Shown: positions 8,863-19,700, counted from the first letter of the stretch. The stretch is DNA of 64,000 nt from Actinobacteria bacterium HGW-Actinobacteria-4 (GCA_002841315.1 PHEW01000014.1:183-64182), one strand, 5' to 3'. Numbers and translations are program-made. The notes: generated by a model from the sequence alone, not told the origin.

Positions 8863-10269
8863 GTGACTGACTTCACCATCCCCGGGTTGAGCCTCGACGA
8901 GGCTGAACGAGAGATCGCCTCTCACATCTTTGATCGCGGCTCTGAAAAGGGAATCGTGAACCGCGTGGCCCGCGTACGTGCCGCGCTTGACTTGCTTGGC
9001 AACCCCCATCACGAACTGCGCGTCATCCACGTGACCGGAACCAACGGCAAGACGTCGACTAGCCGCATGACCGAGTCGATTCTTCGGGCCACTGGGCTCA
9101 AGACGGGCCTGTTCACGTCACCTCACCTCACGACCTTCCGCGAGCGCATCCAGATCAACGGCGAGCCGCTGGCGCAAGAAGCGATGCTGCGGTTGTGGCA
9201 CGACGTCGCGCCTGTGATCCACACCATCGATATGGAGTCGGCGCGCGTCGCCGGACCGCGAATGAGCTTTTTCGAGGTGCTCACCGTGTTTGGCCTGGTG
9301 GCATACGCAGATGCGAACGTGGACGTCGCGGTCATCGAAGTCGGCATCGGTGGCGAGCGGGACGCGACCAACGTAGTTACCGGAGCTGTCGCGGTGCTGA
9401 CGCCCATCGCGGCTGATCACGGAGATATCATCCCTGGCGGTCTGCCCGGGATTGCTCGCGAGAAGTCAGGCATCATCAAAGTTGGCTCAGCCGTAGTCAG
9501 TGCGAATCAACGCGACGAGGTCGCAACCATCATCAAGGAGGCGGCAAGTGCGCGCGGGGCATCCACCTTCTGGGAGGGTGCGCACAACTCGATTGAGGCT
9601 CGCCGCGTGGTCCCTGGGGGGCAGGTACTGACGCTCCGCACTGGCGCCACCACCTACCCGGACGTGTTTGTCCCCCTGCACGGAGATTTCCAGGCGCAGA
9701 ACGCCCTCACCGCACTGTCCGCATGCGAGCTCCTGCTTGGTGACGGCGTGCCGCGTTCCATCGATGGTGACGTGGTTGCCCGTGGCTTCCACACAGCCAG
9801 TTCGCCAGGACGCCTCGAGGTGGTGCCGGGCAACCCCGTGGTCATCATGGATTCCGCTCACAACCCGCATGGCATCGCGGCTCTCGCGGGTGCGCTCCCC
9901 GACGCCTTCTCCGGCGACCGCCTGGTTGGGGTAGTCGCCGTGCTGTCAGATAAGGATGCCGACGGCATCCTGGTGGGCCTCGAGCCATTGCTCGACTATG
10001 TGGTGATTACCCGCACTGAATCCGCCCGCGCTACCCCCACCAATGAGTTGGCGGTGAGCGCACGGATCATCTTTGGACCAGATCGCGTGTTCGAGGCCGC
10101 CTCCGTCGCCACCGCGCTTGATCTCGCAAACCGGCTTGCGGTGGCGGAATCGGCAGTCGAGGGCGGTGTGCTTGTCGCAGGTTCCGTCACCCTCATTGGC
10201 GAGGCTCATCGGTACCTGCGCAATCGCCTCGCCGCAGGTGGAGCAGCGTCGGAGCCCATTTCTGCTTAG
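8863..10269 (+). CDS. folC: folylpolyglutamate synthase / dihydrofolate synthase family Mur ligase (paralog 1)
   Basis: P-loop HVTGTNGKTST, EVGIGGERDATNV, DSAHNP. GTG 8863 (VTDFTIPGLSLDEAEREI) aligns with the MTD... start of the downstream paralog. Start uncertain (ATG 8785 is the alternative). Confidence 0.85.
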   Translation: MTDFTIPGLSLDEAEREIASHIFDRGSEKGIVNRVARVRAALDLLGNPHHELRVIHVTGTNGKTSTSRMTESILRATGLKTGLFTSPHLTTFRERIQINGEPLAQEAMLRLWHDVAPVIHTIDMESARVAGPRMSFFEVLTVFGLVAYADANVDVAVIEVGIGGERDATNVVTGAVAVLTPIAADHGDIIPGGLPGIAREKSGIIKVGSAVVSANQRDEVATIIKEAASARGASTFWEGAHNSIEARRVVPGGQVLTLRTGATTYPDVFVPLHGDFQAQNALTALSACELLLGDGVPRSIDGDVVARGFHTASSPGRLEVVPGNPVVIMDSAHNPHGIAALAGALPDAFSGDRLVGVVAVLSDKDADGILVGLEPLLDYVVITRTESARATPTNELAVSARIIFGPDRVFEAASVATALDLANRLAVAESAVEGGVLVAGSVTLIGEAHRYLRNRLAAGGAASEPISA

Positions 10270-10340
10270 GCTCCGATGCCCCATTGGTTGGCACCGGGTG
10301 ACCATACGGCGGTTGGCGCGTGGCATGGGAGAGTATTCCC

Positions 10341-11750
10341 ATGACAGACCACGCAGGAGACCTCAATATCGGCGGACTTACGCTCGCTGAAGCCGAGCGC
10401 GAGATCTACCACCACATCGTGGAGCGCAACCCGGAACACGACTTCGAACCCACCATTGACCGCGTGCGCGAAGCGTGTGACTTGCTGGGCGATCCCCAGC
10501 ACGCGTACAAGGTCATTCACCTCACCGGCACCAACGGCAAGACCTCAACCGCACGCATGGCGGAGTCCTTGGTGCGCGCGCACGGTCTGAGGACGGGCCT
10601 GTTCACCTCGCCGCACCTGAGCAGCGTCCGCGAGCGCATTCAGATCGATGGCGAGCCCATCTCGCAAGAAGACTTCATCCGCTTGTGGCAGGACGTCGCG
10701 CCCATCCTCCATGTGGTCGACACCCGCTCGCAGCACCACGGCGGCCCGCGCATGAGCTTCTTCGAGGTCCTCACGGTGCTCGCCTACGCCGCCTTTGCGG
10801 ACGCCCCCATCGACGTCGCCGTGATCGAGGTGGGTATGGGTGGCGTCTGGGACGCCACCAATGTGGCCGACGCTGACGTCGCCGTGATCACCACGGTCAC
10901 CATGGATCACATGCAGTGGTTGGGTAACGACCTCGCTGGGATTGCTCGCGAGAAGGCGGGCATTATCAAGCCGGGTTGCGCCGTGGTAGTTGCGGAGCAG
11001 TCGGAGTCCGTGACGCCCGTTATTCAGGCCGCCATTGCCTCGCTCGACGTACGGGCCGCCTGGGAAGGCGATGCCCTCGAGGTGCTAGACCGGCGCCCTG
11101 GCGTGGGTGGGCAGCTCGTCACCCTGCGCACTCCTGCGGCCACCTACTCGGATCTGTTTGTCCCACTCTATGGCGCACACCAGGCACGCAACGCGCTCAT
11201 GGCACTCACGGCAGTCGAGGCCTTGCTCGCTGACGGCGGCGACCCACAGGCCCTTGCCGGGGACGTGGTCGAGGCGGGGTTTGATGCCGTCACGTCCCCA
11301 GGGCGCATGGAGGTGGTCCGCACCTCGCCGCTGATTCTGGTGGACGCGGCTCACAACCCCGCGGGGGTTGACGCGCTCGCCGCGGCCGTGGAGGAGTCCT
11401 TCAGCTTTGACTTCTTGGTGGCTGTGGTTGCAGTGCTGGGGGATAAGGATCCCGAGGGAATCCTGGCCGGGCTGGAACCGTTGGTGGACCGTGTGGTGAT
11501 CACAGCATCGTCCTCCCCGCGCTGTATCCCGGCTCATGAGCTGGGGGACATCGCGCGCGAGGTCTTTGGCGAGGAGCGGGTCAGCGTGGCCAGCGACCTT
11601 CCTGACGCGCTCGACCAGGCGGTCCAGGCCGCAGAGGCCAACGCTGACCAAGGCGGGGGAGTGCTCGTGGTGGGCTCCGTGACGCTGGTCGCCGAGGCCC
11701 GCACCATGCTGGGTGCCGACCAGCGCAAGGGAACGGGGCGTGCACGATGA
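10341..11750 (+). CDS. folC: folylpolyglutamate synthase / dihydrofolate synthase (paralog 2)
   Basis: HLTGTNGKTST, EVGMGGVWDATNV, DAAHNP. RBS GGGAGAG lies before ATG 10341. Stop overlaps the next gene (ATGA). Confidence 0.9.
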   Translation: MTDHAGDLNIGGLTLAEAEREIYHHIVERNPEHDFEPTIDRVREACDLLGDPQHAYKVIHLTGTNGKTSTARMAESLVRAHGLRTGLFTSPHLSSVRERIQIDGEPISQEDFIRLWQDVAPILHVVDTRSQHHGGPRMSFFEVLTVLAYAAFADAPIDVAVIEVGMGGVWDATNVADADVAVITTVTMDHMQWLGNDLAGIAREKAGIIKPGCAVVVAEQSESVTPVIQAAIASLDVRAAWEGDALEVLDRRPGVGGQLVTLRTPAATYSDLFVPLYGAHQARNALMALTAVEALLADGGDPQALAGDVVEAGFDAVTSPGRMEVVRTSPLILVDAAHNPAGVDALAAAVEESFSFDFLVAVVAVLGDKDPEGILAGLEPLVDRVVITASSSPRCIPAHELGDIAREVFGEERVSVASDLPDALDQAVQAAEANADQGGGVLVVGSVTLVAEARTMLGADQRKGTGRAR

Positions 11751-12181
11751 CCGCGGCACAACCCGACAACGCAGCCCCACTCGACGTGCCGCGCCAGCGC
11801 CCGGCAACCCTGGTCTTCACCCAGACGGTGCTGGCGCTTCAGTCCCTCGCAGCGCTGTTCGCGACGCTCGTGGTGTTCGGGTTGGGGCGGGCGGGCGAGT
11901 TCGACCTTGACCCCGGGTTGATCTGGGGGGTTGGCCTTGGTCTGATGGTGGCGCTCGGTTACGCCTCGGGGCAGCAACGCAAGCGGTGGGGTCGCCAATT
12001 GGGGTGGGTGTTGCAACTGCCGATGCTCGTGGCGGGGGTCCTGGTGCCAGCCATTGCGCTCATCGGCGGTATGTTCTTGGTGTTGTGGGTCACGGGGCTC
12101 CGGTTGGGCTCTCGCATTGACCGCGAGCGTGCCGAACGTGAGCTCGCTGAGACGGAAGCTCAGGGGCCGGCTGACGGTTAG
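11747..12181 (+). CDS. DUF4233-like small membrane protein
   Basis: 144-aa multi-TM protein immediately after folC with a 4-nt overlap, the conserved actinobacterial position for DUF4233. Confidence 0.75.
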   Translation: MTAAQPDNAAPLDVPRQRPATLVFTQTVLALQSLAALFATLVVFGLGRAGEFDLDPGLIWGVGLGLMVALGYASGQQRKRWGRQLGWVLQLPMLVAGVLVPAIALIGGMFLVLWVTGLRLGSRIDRERAERELAETEAQGPADG

Positions 12182-12200
12182 GTCCAGTAGGGGGAAGCAC

Positions 12201-12680
12201 GTGAATGTAGTACGTATCAAGCTGTTCATCGCCCTGGGCGGTGGCGTTGTAGGACTTGTCATGCTGTTCTGGGCGCTCGAGCGAACCTCGCTTGTGGCCT
12301 TCGCGGCGGACACCCACGGACGTGCGGCTCAGCCGCCGTTCAGCATCTACGTGATGATGTTCGTGGGCCTTATCTTGGTCAACTTCGCGGTGTTCTACAG
12401 CCTGTCCGAATGGTCGAAGCACTTGCGCCGTAACCCCCAAACGCTGCAGGCACCGGTGTGGGTGCTGTTCTCGATCGCTGCGGTGTCTGGCGCGGCACTC
12501 ATTACCGGAATCGCCAACCACTCTGCTTTTGTGCAGTCGCATGAGGTCATTCCCATGGACATTGATCGCGGCTTCATCGCCTACCAAGTGGTCACCACCA
12601 CGTTTGTCCTTGCGCCGCTGGTGCTACTCGCGGTGCGGTGGTCGCCGGGGTACCGGCCCCGCGTACCCGACGAGGACTAG
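12201..12680 (+). CDS. hypothetical 4-TM membrane protein
   Basis: GTG 12201 preceded by GGGGAAG. Four hydrophobic helices and high GC3. No family recognised. Confidence 0.6.
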   Translation: MNVVRIKLFIALGGGVVGLVMLFWALERTSLVAFAADTHGRAAQPPFSIYVMMFVGLILVNFAVFYSLSEWSKHLRRNPQTLQAPVWVLFSIAAVSGAALITGIANHSAFVQSHEVIPMDIDRGFIAYQVVTTTFVLAPLVLLAVRWSPGYRPRVPDED

Positions 12681-13183
12681 ACGGCCACCACTGCGTCCAC
12701 GCGGTAGTCGGCGAGAACCTCGCGCCCAGGCAGTGCAGTGATCTCCATCAAGAAGGAGAAGCGCACGCTCGCGGCGCCTGCCTCGACCAACATCTGGGCC
12801 ACCGCCCGCGCGGTCCCGCCCGTCGCCAGGACGTCGTCGATGACCAGCACATGCTTGCCCGCGATCCCGTTGGGCGAGAGCACCAACTCGGACGCGCCGT
12901 ACTCGATGGTGGCATCGGCCTCGAGGAGCTCGCCGGGCATCTTGCCCTTTTTGCGGACCATCGTCATTCCTACGCCCAGGGACTGCGCCACGATGGGCGC
13001 GAAGATGAACCCGCGCGCGTCCACACCCGCAACCAACTGGGTCCCAGCATCGGCCGATGGTGTGAGAGCGTCACACGCCTCGCGGAACGTGACCGGGCTG
13101 GCCAGGATGGGGGAGATGTCGTAGAACAACACGCCTGGCACGGGGAAGTCAGGGTACGTGTCGAAGTCCGCGAGGGTGATCAT
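12677..13183 (-). CDS. apt: adenine phosphoribosyltransferase
   Basis: 168 aa. PRPP-binding motif VLVIDDVLATGGTA and typical Apt N-terminus DFPVPGVLFYDISPIL. Confidence 0.93.
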   Translation of the reverse strand: MITLADFDTYPDFPVPGVLFYDISPILASPVTFREACDALTPSADAGTQLVAGVDARGFIFAPIVAQSLGVGMTMVRKKGKMPGELLEADATIEYGASELVLSPNGIAGKHVLVIDDVLATGGTARAVAQMLVEAGAASVRFSFLMEITALPGREVLADYRVDAVVAV

Positions 13184-13244
13184 GCGCCCATCCTGCCACG
13201 GCCCGGGCGCGCGCCTAGGAGACGTGAGGCTCGTTGATGGTCGC

Positions 13245-16200
13245 TCAACGCCACACGTCGTAGGCGTCGCTCGGTGCGGTCGGTTGAGGCTTCGCCCGGG
13301 CTTGAATCAGAATTCTCCAGCCTGCGGGCGTCCTGGTGTACGTGAGGTCGCCGCTACCCACGTACTGGTGCCAGCGCTTTGCGAAAGCTTCCGCCCGTCT
13401 CTTGTGGCTGGCCAGTACGTCCGGGACGGGGTGATAGGTGACTTCGGTGCCGCGCATCGTTCGCACTACTCTCCGTAGCACTGCCCAGAGGGGGCGCAAC
13501 CAAATGGCTGGCAGTGCCGACTCGTTCCGCGACACGAGGTAGCGCTGGTTGAGGACTGGAGCGAAGACCTGGCGGTAGGCGTCGATGAAGATGGCCGCGT
13601 CTGAGGTCGATGCGTAGTCCAGTTGCACCGAGTAGGAAAGGTCTGGCTGTTCAACAACCCGCACGAACTCGGGTTGAAGGTTAGTGCTCACGAGGCCGGC
13701 GTCCTTCAATGCGGCCATCACCGCGCGCCCGATGTCGAGTAGCGCGGCGTCGGCATGGTCGGCTTTGAGCACATGCTTCGCGGCGCGCCAGCCCACCACT
13801 GCGGCGCGGATCACCGTGGCCACAGCGACAAGGCCGACGAGGGCCATCACCACTCGCCACCCACCCGGTATTGAGCGGACGCGTGTGGAAGACAGGTGAG
13901 CCGCGATCAGCGCGCCTTCGATGGCGATCATCACCAGGGCAAAGCGGAACTCGGCCATGTAGCGCTTCAGGGTCTGTTGCACACTGTGGACGGTGCGGAT
14001 CGTGAGGTCTCGCGCGTGGAGGGTGGTGGCTCGGTAAGAGAAGTTCGAGTAGGCGGCGCCCACGTCCCACAACTGGTAGCTCGCATCGCGGCGCGTGACC
14101 TGCTGCATGCTGCGCTCTGTCGCTTCGTCAAGACGCCAGTCGCGAAACTTGCGGGTCGCCATGTCTTGCTTCAACTCTGGGTCCAGGTGCCGCAGTCCGC
14201 GCACCACGTGCCCGTGGACCTCTGGCATGACGCCTGGGTAGTCCGGAGTCACGCCCCAGACCCGTTGGTGCTTGGTGCGTAGCCTCCGGATGTCGCGGTC
14301 ACCCTTCTCGGCACCCTTGTGAACCGCGATGACGTCCCAGTTGTGCGCCACTTTGCGTGGCCACGCGGGATCGATGCGGATGGACCGCCCGCGCAACTGC
14401 TGGGCTGTGGTGGCTGTTGTCGCCGTGGTGAGGTCCACCAGGGTGTTGAGGGTGAGGGTGTCCCAGCCCTCGGCGAACAGCCCGCGTGTGCCGACCAGGC
14501 ACCGGAGTCGCCCCGTTTCAAAGAGGTAGGTCACCATCGACACGTAGGTCCCTGAGGACCACTGCGGGCCTTCGCCATGGACCTCGATGACTCCTGGATA
14601 GGGTCCGGGTTCCCCCACGCAGGTGGCGCGCAGGTTCCGGTCGGCAAGCCAGGTATTGAAGGTATCGATGAGTTCCTGTCCGTGGTCAGCGTCGAGCCAC
14701 AGCGTGCGTCCCGTCACGAGCACAGGATCGAGATCGTGCGATCGCCGGTGATGCACCAAGTCGAGAAAGACCTTGCGCGCACTTCCGGCTTGGGCGTGCC
14801 GGTCAGCAGACGTTGCCGCAGCGCCGGTGCGCTCAAAGTCCGTGACAACAACAGCGCGCAGGCGATCGCCCATCGCCTCTGCTTCAAGCCCAAGAATGGC
14901 ACCTGTCATATGGGCCTTCGCATCTGAGTACGCAAGGATCAGGTCTCCGGGAGTGCGCTGCTGGCGCAGACCGGTCTCGGTAAGGGTGAACCCCACCTTG
15001 GTCAGGGATTGCCTGAGCGCCTTCAGCTGAGCATGATCCGTGGCATCGGGACTGACCTTCAGCACGTCGAGCGCGTAGCGCCCCACAACGGCGAGTTTGT
15101 CGCCAAACTCCGGCTCCGCTCCCGTCTCTAGCGGGATGGGCAGGTCCGGTGGGTCAGGGAGGTCAAGGGCGCGCAGGTGGCGAATCGCGGCCACCGCGAG
15201 AGGTGTGTCGTTGCGCATCATCTCAAGCCAGCGTTGAGGAGCAGACTCTCCCGCCGCGAACGATGCGTCCTGAAGCCAGGTGACGAACCGCGGGTCGTGA
15301 GTGACGGACTCGACGGCGGCATCGAAGGCCGTGTGAGCCTGGGTCAAGTACTCAGCCTCAGCATCGGTGGGCTCCACGAACGCCACCAAGTCACGGTACG
15401 GAGCGAGGTCGCCCTCTTTGACCACGGCGGGGGTGGGTACCTCGTAGTCAACCTCGCCCAGCAGTCCCGTGTAGTTCTCATACTCGTTTTGGTCTTCCGG
15501 GCTGGGCAGCGTTGCTGTGAGTCCGATCACCCGCGGGGTGTCGATGCGGGCGATGAAGTAGGCGAGCACCACCGCCCAGTAGTCCAGGAGGTGATGGCAC
15601 TCGTCCAGGACCACGGTCTTGACACCCGAATCCACGAGCCGGTCGATGAGTGCGCGTGCGTTGGGATGCAAGAAGCGCCCCACATCCGGGTCGCGTTCCC
15701 TCAGCAGCGATCGGCGTATCGACGTGGTGCGGCGCGCCAGCTCCTTGCGGTGGGAATCGGGGTTGTTGGCTCGCATGGTGTCGATGCGCGCACGTGCGTA
15801 CTCAGGCGTGAGTGACCGATCAGCGGTCACGAGTTGGTCGATCCACTGTTCCAGCGCAGCCTCGGCGAGCAGGGCGCGGGAATCGCCTGCGGCGGTGAGC
15901 AGCTGATACGTGAAGATGGTGATGGGTCTCAAGGCGTGGGGGTCCATGCCAGCGACTTGATCGTGATGGTCGGGTGATTGCGCAAACATCGACACCTTGT
16001 CGTGCCATTGGCGCTGAATGGTAGACGTTGGTGCGAACACGACGGCGCGCTCGCCTAGCCTACGGATCAGTTCGATGCCCAGGATGGTCTTGCCTGAGCC
16101 AGGCGGGGAGACGATGTGAAACTTCTCTGACACCTGTGGGGTGTCAATGCGTTCCCCAAGGTGCGTAAGGATCAGGCGCTGATACTTGCGAAACTCGAAG

Positions 16201-16268
16201 GAGAACTCAAGTCTTTCCAGGGGTGATTTGCCGGCGCTGGCGGCGCGCGTCACGCCCTCGGAGGTCAT
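13245..16268 (-). CDS. SF2 (DEAD/DEAH, type III restriction Res-like) helicase with two predicted TM helices and a C-terminal domain of unknown function
   Basis: Walker A SPPGSGKT, DECH box VVLDECHH, GLTATL, motif VI QQLRGRSIR. Hydrophobic helices FALVMIAIEGALIAAHL and VVMALVGLVAVATVIRAAVVGW, then ~190 aa. Start set at ATG 16268 (MTSEGV) so that it does not overlap ndk. Confidence 0.8.
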   Translation of the reverse strand: MTSEGVTRAASAGKSPLERLEFSFEFRKYQRLILTHLGERIDTPQVSEKFHIVSPPGSGKTILGIELIRRLGERAVVFAPTSTIQRQWHDKVSMFAQSPDHHDQVAGMDPHALRPITIFTYQLLTAAGDSRALLAEAALEQWIDQLVTADRSLTPEYARARIDTMRANNPDSHRKELARRTTSIRRSLLRERDPDVGRFLHPNARALIDRLVDSGVKTVVLDECHHLLDYWAVVLAYFIARIDTPRVIGLTATLPSPEDQNEYENYTGLLGEVDYEVPTPAVVKEGDLAPYRDLVAFVEPTDAEAEYLTQAHTAFDAAVESVTHDPRFVTWLQDASFAAGESAPQRWLEMMRNDTPLAVAAIRHLRALDLPDPPDLPIPLETGAEPEFGDKLAVVGRYALDVLKVSPDATDHAQLKALRQSLTKVGFTLTETGLRQQRTPGDLILAYSDAKAHMTGAILGLEAEAMGDRLRAVVVTDFERTGAAATSADRHAQAGSARKVFLDLVHHRRSHDLDPVLVTGRTLWLDADHGQELIDTFNTWLADRNLRATCVGEPGPYPGVIEVHGEGPQWSSGTYVSMVTYLFETGRLRCLVGTRGLFAEGWDTLTLNTLVDLTTATTATTAQQLRGRSIRIDPAWPRKVAHNWDVIAVHKGAEKGDRDIRRLRTKHQRVWGVTPDYPGVMPEVHGHVVRGLRHLDPELKQDMATRKFRDWRLDEATERSMQQVTRRDASYQLWDVGAAYSNFSYRATTLHARDLTIRTVHSVQQTLKRYMAEFRFALVMIAIEGALIAAHLSSTRVRSIPGGWRVVMALVGLVAVATVIRAAVVGWRAAKHVLKADHADAALLDIGRAVMAALKDAGLVSTNLQPEFVRVVEQPDLSYSVQLDYASTSDAAIFIDAYRQVFAPVLNQRYLVSRNESALPAIWLRPLWAVLRRVVRTMRGTEVTYHPVPDVLASHKRRAEAFAKRWHQYVGSGDLTYTRTPAGWRILIQARAKPQPTAPSDAYDVWR

Positions 16269-16317
16269 GGCAACCGAATCTACCGCAGCACGTCGCTCAG
16301 CCGTTAGGCTCGTTGCC

Positions 16318-16737
16318 ATGACTGAACGCACCCTCATCCTTGTCAAGCCCGATGGAGTCCGCCGTGGACTGTCCGGGGAGATCTTGCGCCGCGTCGAGGC
16401 CAAGGGTTACACCCTGGTGGCCGTCGAGTTGCGCACAGCAACCCCGGACCTGCTCGCCGCTCACTATGAGGAGCACGTGGGCAAGCCGTTCTACGAGCCG
16501 CTGGTCGCGTTCATGATGGAGGGCCCCACGCTCGCGGTGATCGCGGAAGGCCACGGTGTGATTGAGGGATTCCGCTCTCTCGCGGGTGCCACCAACCCCA
16601 CCACCGCAGCGCCCGGCACCATCCGCGGCGACCTGGGCCGCGACTGGGGCCTCAAGGTGATGCAGAACCTTGTACATGGATCGGACTCCGCTGAGAGCGC
16701 CCAGCGCGAGATCGGGATCTGGTTCCCGTCCGCCTAG
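16318..16737 (+). CDS. ndk: nucleoside-diphosphate kinase
   Basis: MTERTLILVKPDGV..., active-site NLVHGSDS, 139 aa. Confidence 0.95.
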   Translation: MTERTLILVKPDGVRRGLSGEILRRVEAKGYTLVAVELRTATPDLLAAHYEEHVGKPFYEPLVAFMMEGPTLAVIAEGHGVIEGFRSLAGATNPTTAAPGTIRGDLGRDWGLKVMQNLVHGSDSAESAQREIGIWFPSA

Positions 16738-16799
16738 GTCTGCCGCCCGCGTCCACAGCTCCGTTACCCCAGCCTGCCCTCATCACCTAGGCTGTTCCC

Positions 16800-19700
16800 G
16801 TGCATCTCAAGACGCTGACGCTCCGGGGCTTCAAGTCCTTCGCCTCGGCGACCACGCTTGAGTTCGAGCCAGGCATCACCTGCGTCGTTGGCCCCAACGG
16901 CTCCGGCAAGTCCAATGTGGTGGACGCGCTCGCGTGGGTCATGGGCGAACAGGGCGCCAAGACCCTGCGCGGTGGCAACATGGCCGACGTCATCTTTGCG
17001 GGCACCGCTGGCCGCGCGCCCCTGGGTCGCGCCGAGGTCTCGCTCACCATCGACAACACCGACGGCGCACTGCCCATCGACTACACCGAGGTCACGATTT
17101 CCCGCACCTTGTTCCGCTCGGGCGGCTCGGAGTACGCGATCAACGGTTCCGCGTGCCGGCTGCTCGACATCCAGGATCTGTTGAGCGACTCGGGCCTGGG
17201 CCGCGAGATGCACGTGATCGTGGGCCAGGGCCAACTCGACGCCGTGTTGCGTGCTACCCCCGAGGACCGCCGCCACTTCATCGAGGAGGCCGCAGGCATC
17301 CTCAAGCACCGCAAGCGCAAAGAGAAGGCGCTGCGCAAGCTCGACGCTATGCAGGCCAACCTCACGCGGGTCAATGACCTCACGGGCGAGATCCGCCGCC
17401 AGCTGGGGCCGCTCGGCAAGCAAGCTGAGGTGGCCCGCCAGGCACAGACCATTCAGGCCGATGCTCGGGATGCCAAGTCGCGGTTGCTGGCCGACGATGT
17501 TGCCCAGTTGCGCTCTAGCCTCTCCCAAGAGCAGGCCGACGAATCGGCATTGCTTGAGCGACGCGCGACTGTCGAGAAGTCGCTCGCCGAGGCCCGGGCG
17601 CGGCTGGTCGACCTGGAGCGCGAATCCGCGGAGGCGACCCCCGCACTCACCAAGGCCAACGACCTCTTCTACCGCCTGTCCGCGATCCGCGAGCGCCTGC
17701 GCAACCTCGCCTCGCTCGCAGACGAGCGCCTGCGGATGCTGGGCCACACCTCTGACGCCGCGCCGCCCACGGATCTGGTTGATCTTGATGAACAGGTGGA
17801 GCGTGCCAAAGCGGCAGGCAAGGAACTCGAGGCCGAGGTAGCCGCCGCCGAGCGCGAGCTGACCAGCGCCGAGGCGGCCCGCAAGGAGGCTGAGACCCAG
17901 GCGGAGGGCTCAGAGAAGCACCTGGCCAATCTGCTGCGATCCGTGGCGGACCGCCGCGAAGGAGTGGCGCGCCTCGCGGGCGAGGTTTCCGCTCGCCGGT
18001 CCCGCGTGGAATCGGCAGAAGACGAGATTGGCCGCCTCAACGAGGCGCTCGCGGACGCCGAGAAGCGCGGCAACGAGGCCAACACCGAGTTTCAACACCT
18101 CGAGACCACCGTGGCCTCCGTCGAGGAGGGCGAGGAAGACCTCGACCAGGCTCACGAATCCGCAACCGAGGAGTGGGAGGCCACCAAGGCGGCACTGACC
18201 GACCTCAAGGAGGCGCTCAACACCGCGATGCGCGAGCGCGACACCTGGGCCGCGAAGGCCGAGGCGCTCGAGCTGTCCCTGGCCCGCAAGGACGGAGCAG
18301 GGGCGTTGCTTGCCTCCGGCTCACGCGCGGTGCGCGGAACAGTCGCTTCCATGATCGACATTGCGGCCGATGCTGAAGACGCCATCGCGGCGGCGCTCGG
18401 TCCGCTTGCAGACGCCTTGGCAGTGGACAGCGTCGAGGACGCCGTGGACGCGATGCGGTGGCTGCGCGACGAGGACGCCGGGCGAGCGCGCTTTGTGGTG
18501 GCCGATGCCGACGCCAAGGTCGCCAACCCCTCGGTGACGCTCCCCGCAGGCGCCGACTGGGCATCGGAGCTGATCTCCGGACCAGCCGGGATTGTCGACA
18601 CCGTGCGGGCGTTCGTGTCCGGCGTTGCCGTGGTCGATGACCTGGCAGCCGCGCGTGCCCTGGTGAGCGCCCACCGCGACGTGATCGCGGTGACCCGCCG
18701 CGGGGACCTGCTGAGCGCGCAGAACGCTTCCGGCGGCGCCGGAGACGCACCCTCGGTGCTGCACATGCAGGCCGCGCTCGATGAGGCCAAGGACAAGCGC
18801 CAGGCCGCGATTGCCGCTGTGGAGTCCACGACCTTCACGATCAAGACCATCGAGGAACGCGAGGCTGAGGCCCGCGCGCGCCACGAGGCCACCCTGGAGC
18901 GCCTGAACGAGTCCGACGCCCGCATGGCCGCGGTCGCAGAGCAGCTGGGCCAGTTGGGTTCCGCAGCCCGTGCGGCGCGCAGCGAGGCCGAGCGCCTGGG
19001 TGCCCAGTTGGAAGAGGCGCGCGCCCGCATGGCGGTGGACCAGGCCGAGCTCACGAGCCTTGCCGAGCGTCTGGCCGCCGCACAGGCAGAACCTGAACAG
19101 ACCGAGGCCGACACCACCGAGGCACAGGCTCGCCGCGACGAGCACGCGCAGGCCGCCGTGGCGGCACGTGCCAAGGAGACCGAGGCGCGCCTCGCACTGC
19201 GCACCTCCGAGGAGCGCGCCCGCGCCCTCGCCGCGCGCGCCGAGAGCCTCGAGCGCGCCGCGAACGCTGAGCGCGACGCCCGCGAGCGTGCCGAACTCGC
19301 AGCCCAGCGCCGCGAACGCCAGGCCCAGACCGCGCGCGAGGTCATTGCACAAGCACAGGCGGCGCTGACACTCATTGATGTTTCGGTGCACAATGCCGAC
19401 AACGCGCGCGCCGAGGTCGAGGCACACCGCTCCGAGCGCACGGCCCAACTCACCGAGGTGCGCCGTGCGGTGGACGAGTACGCCACCGAGTACTCGCGCC
19501 TCACCGACGACGCCCACAAGGACGAACTGGCGCGCGCGCAACACAAGGTGCGCCTCGAGCAACTCGAACAGCGGGCCGTCGATGAACTGGGCATGGACCC
19601 TGAGAAACTGGTCGACGAGTTTGGGCCGCACCTGCCCGTGCCCGTCTCCCCAGCATCGGCCGAAAGCCAGGCCGACGGCGAGGACGGTGCTCCAGCGACT

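Noticed and set aside
12677-16268. Helicase plus phosphoribosyltransferase as a two-gene PRTase-type defence module
   Set aside because: The PRTase is a standard-length adenine phosphoribosyltransferase with the canonical Apt motifs and N-terminus. It is most simply the housekeeping apt that happens to lie downstream of the helicase.
16269-16403. Longer helicase start (ATG 16403 or 16319) overlapping ndk
   Set aside because: It would overlap the ndk start on the opposite strand and would add an Arg/Ser-rich peptide. ATG 16268 leaves a 49-bp divergent promoter region and precedes the conserved helicase N-terminus.
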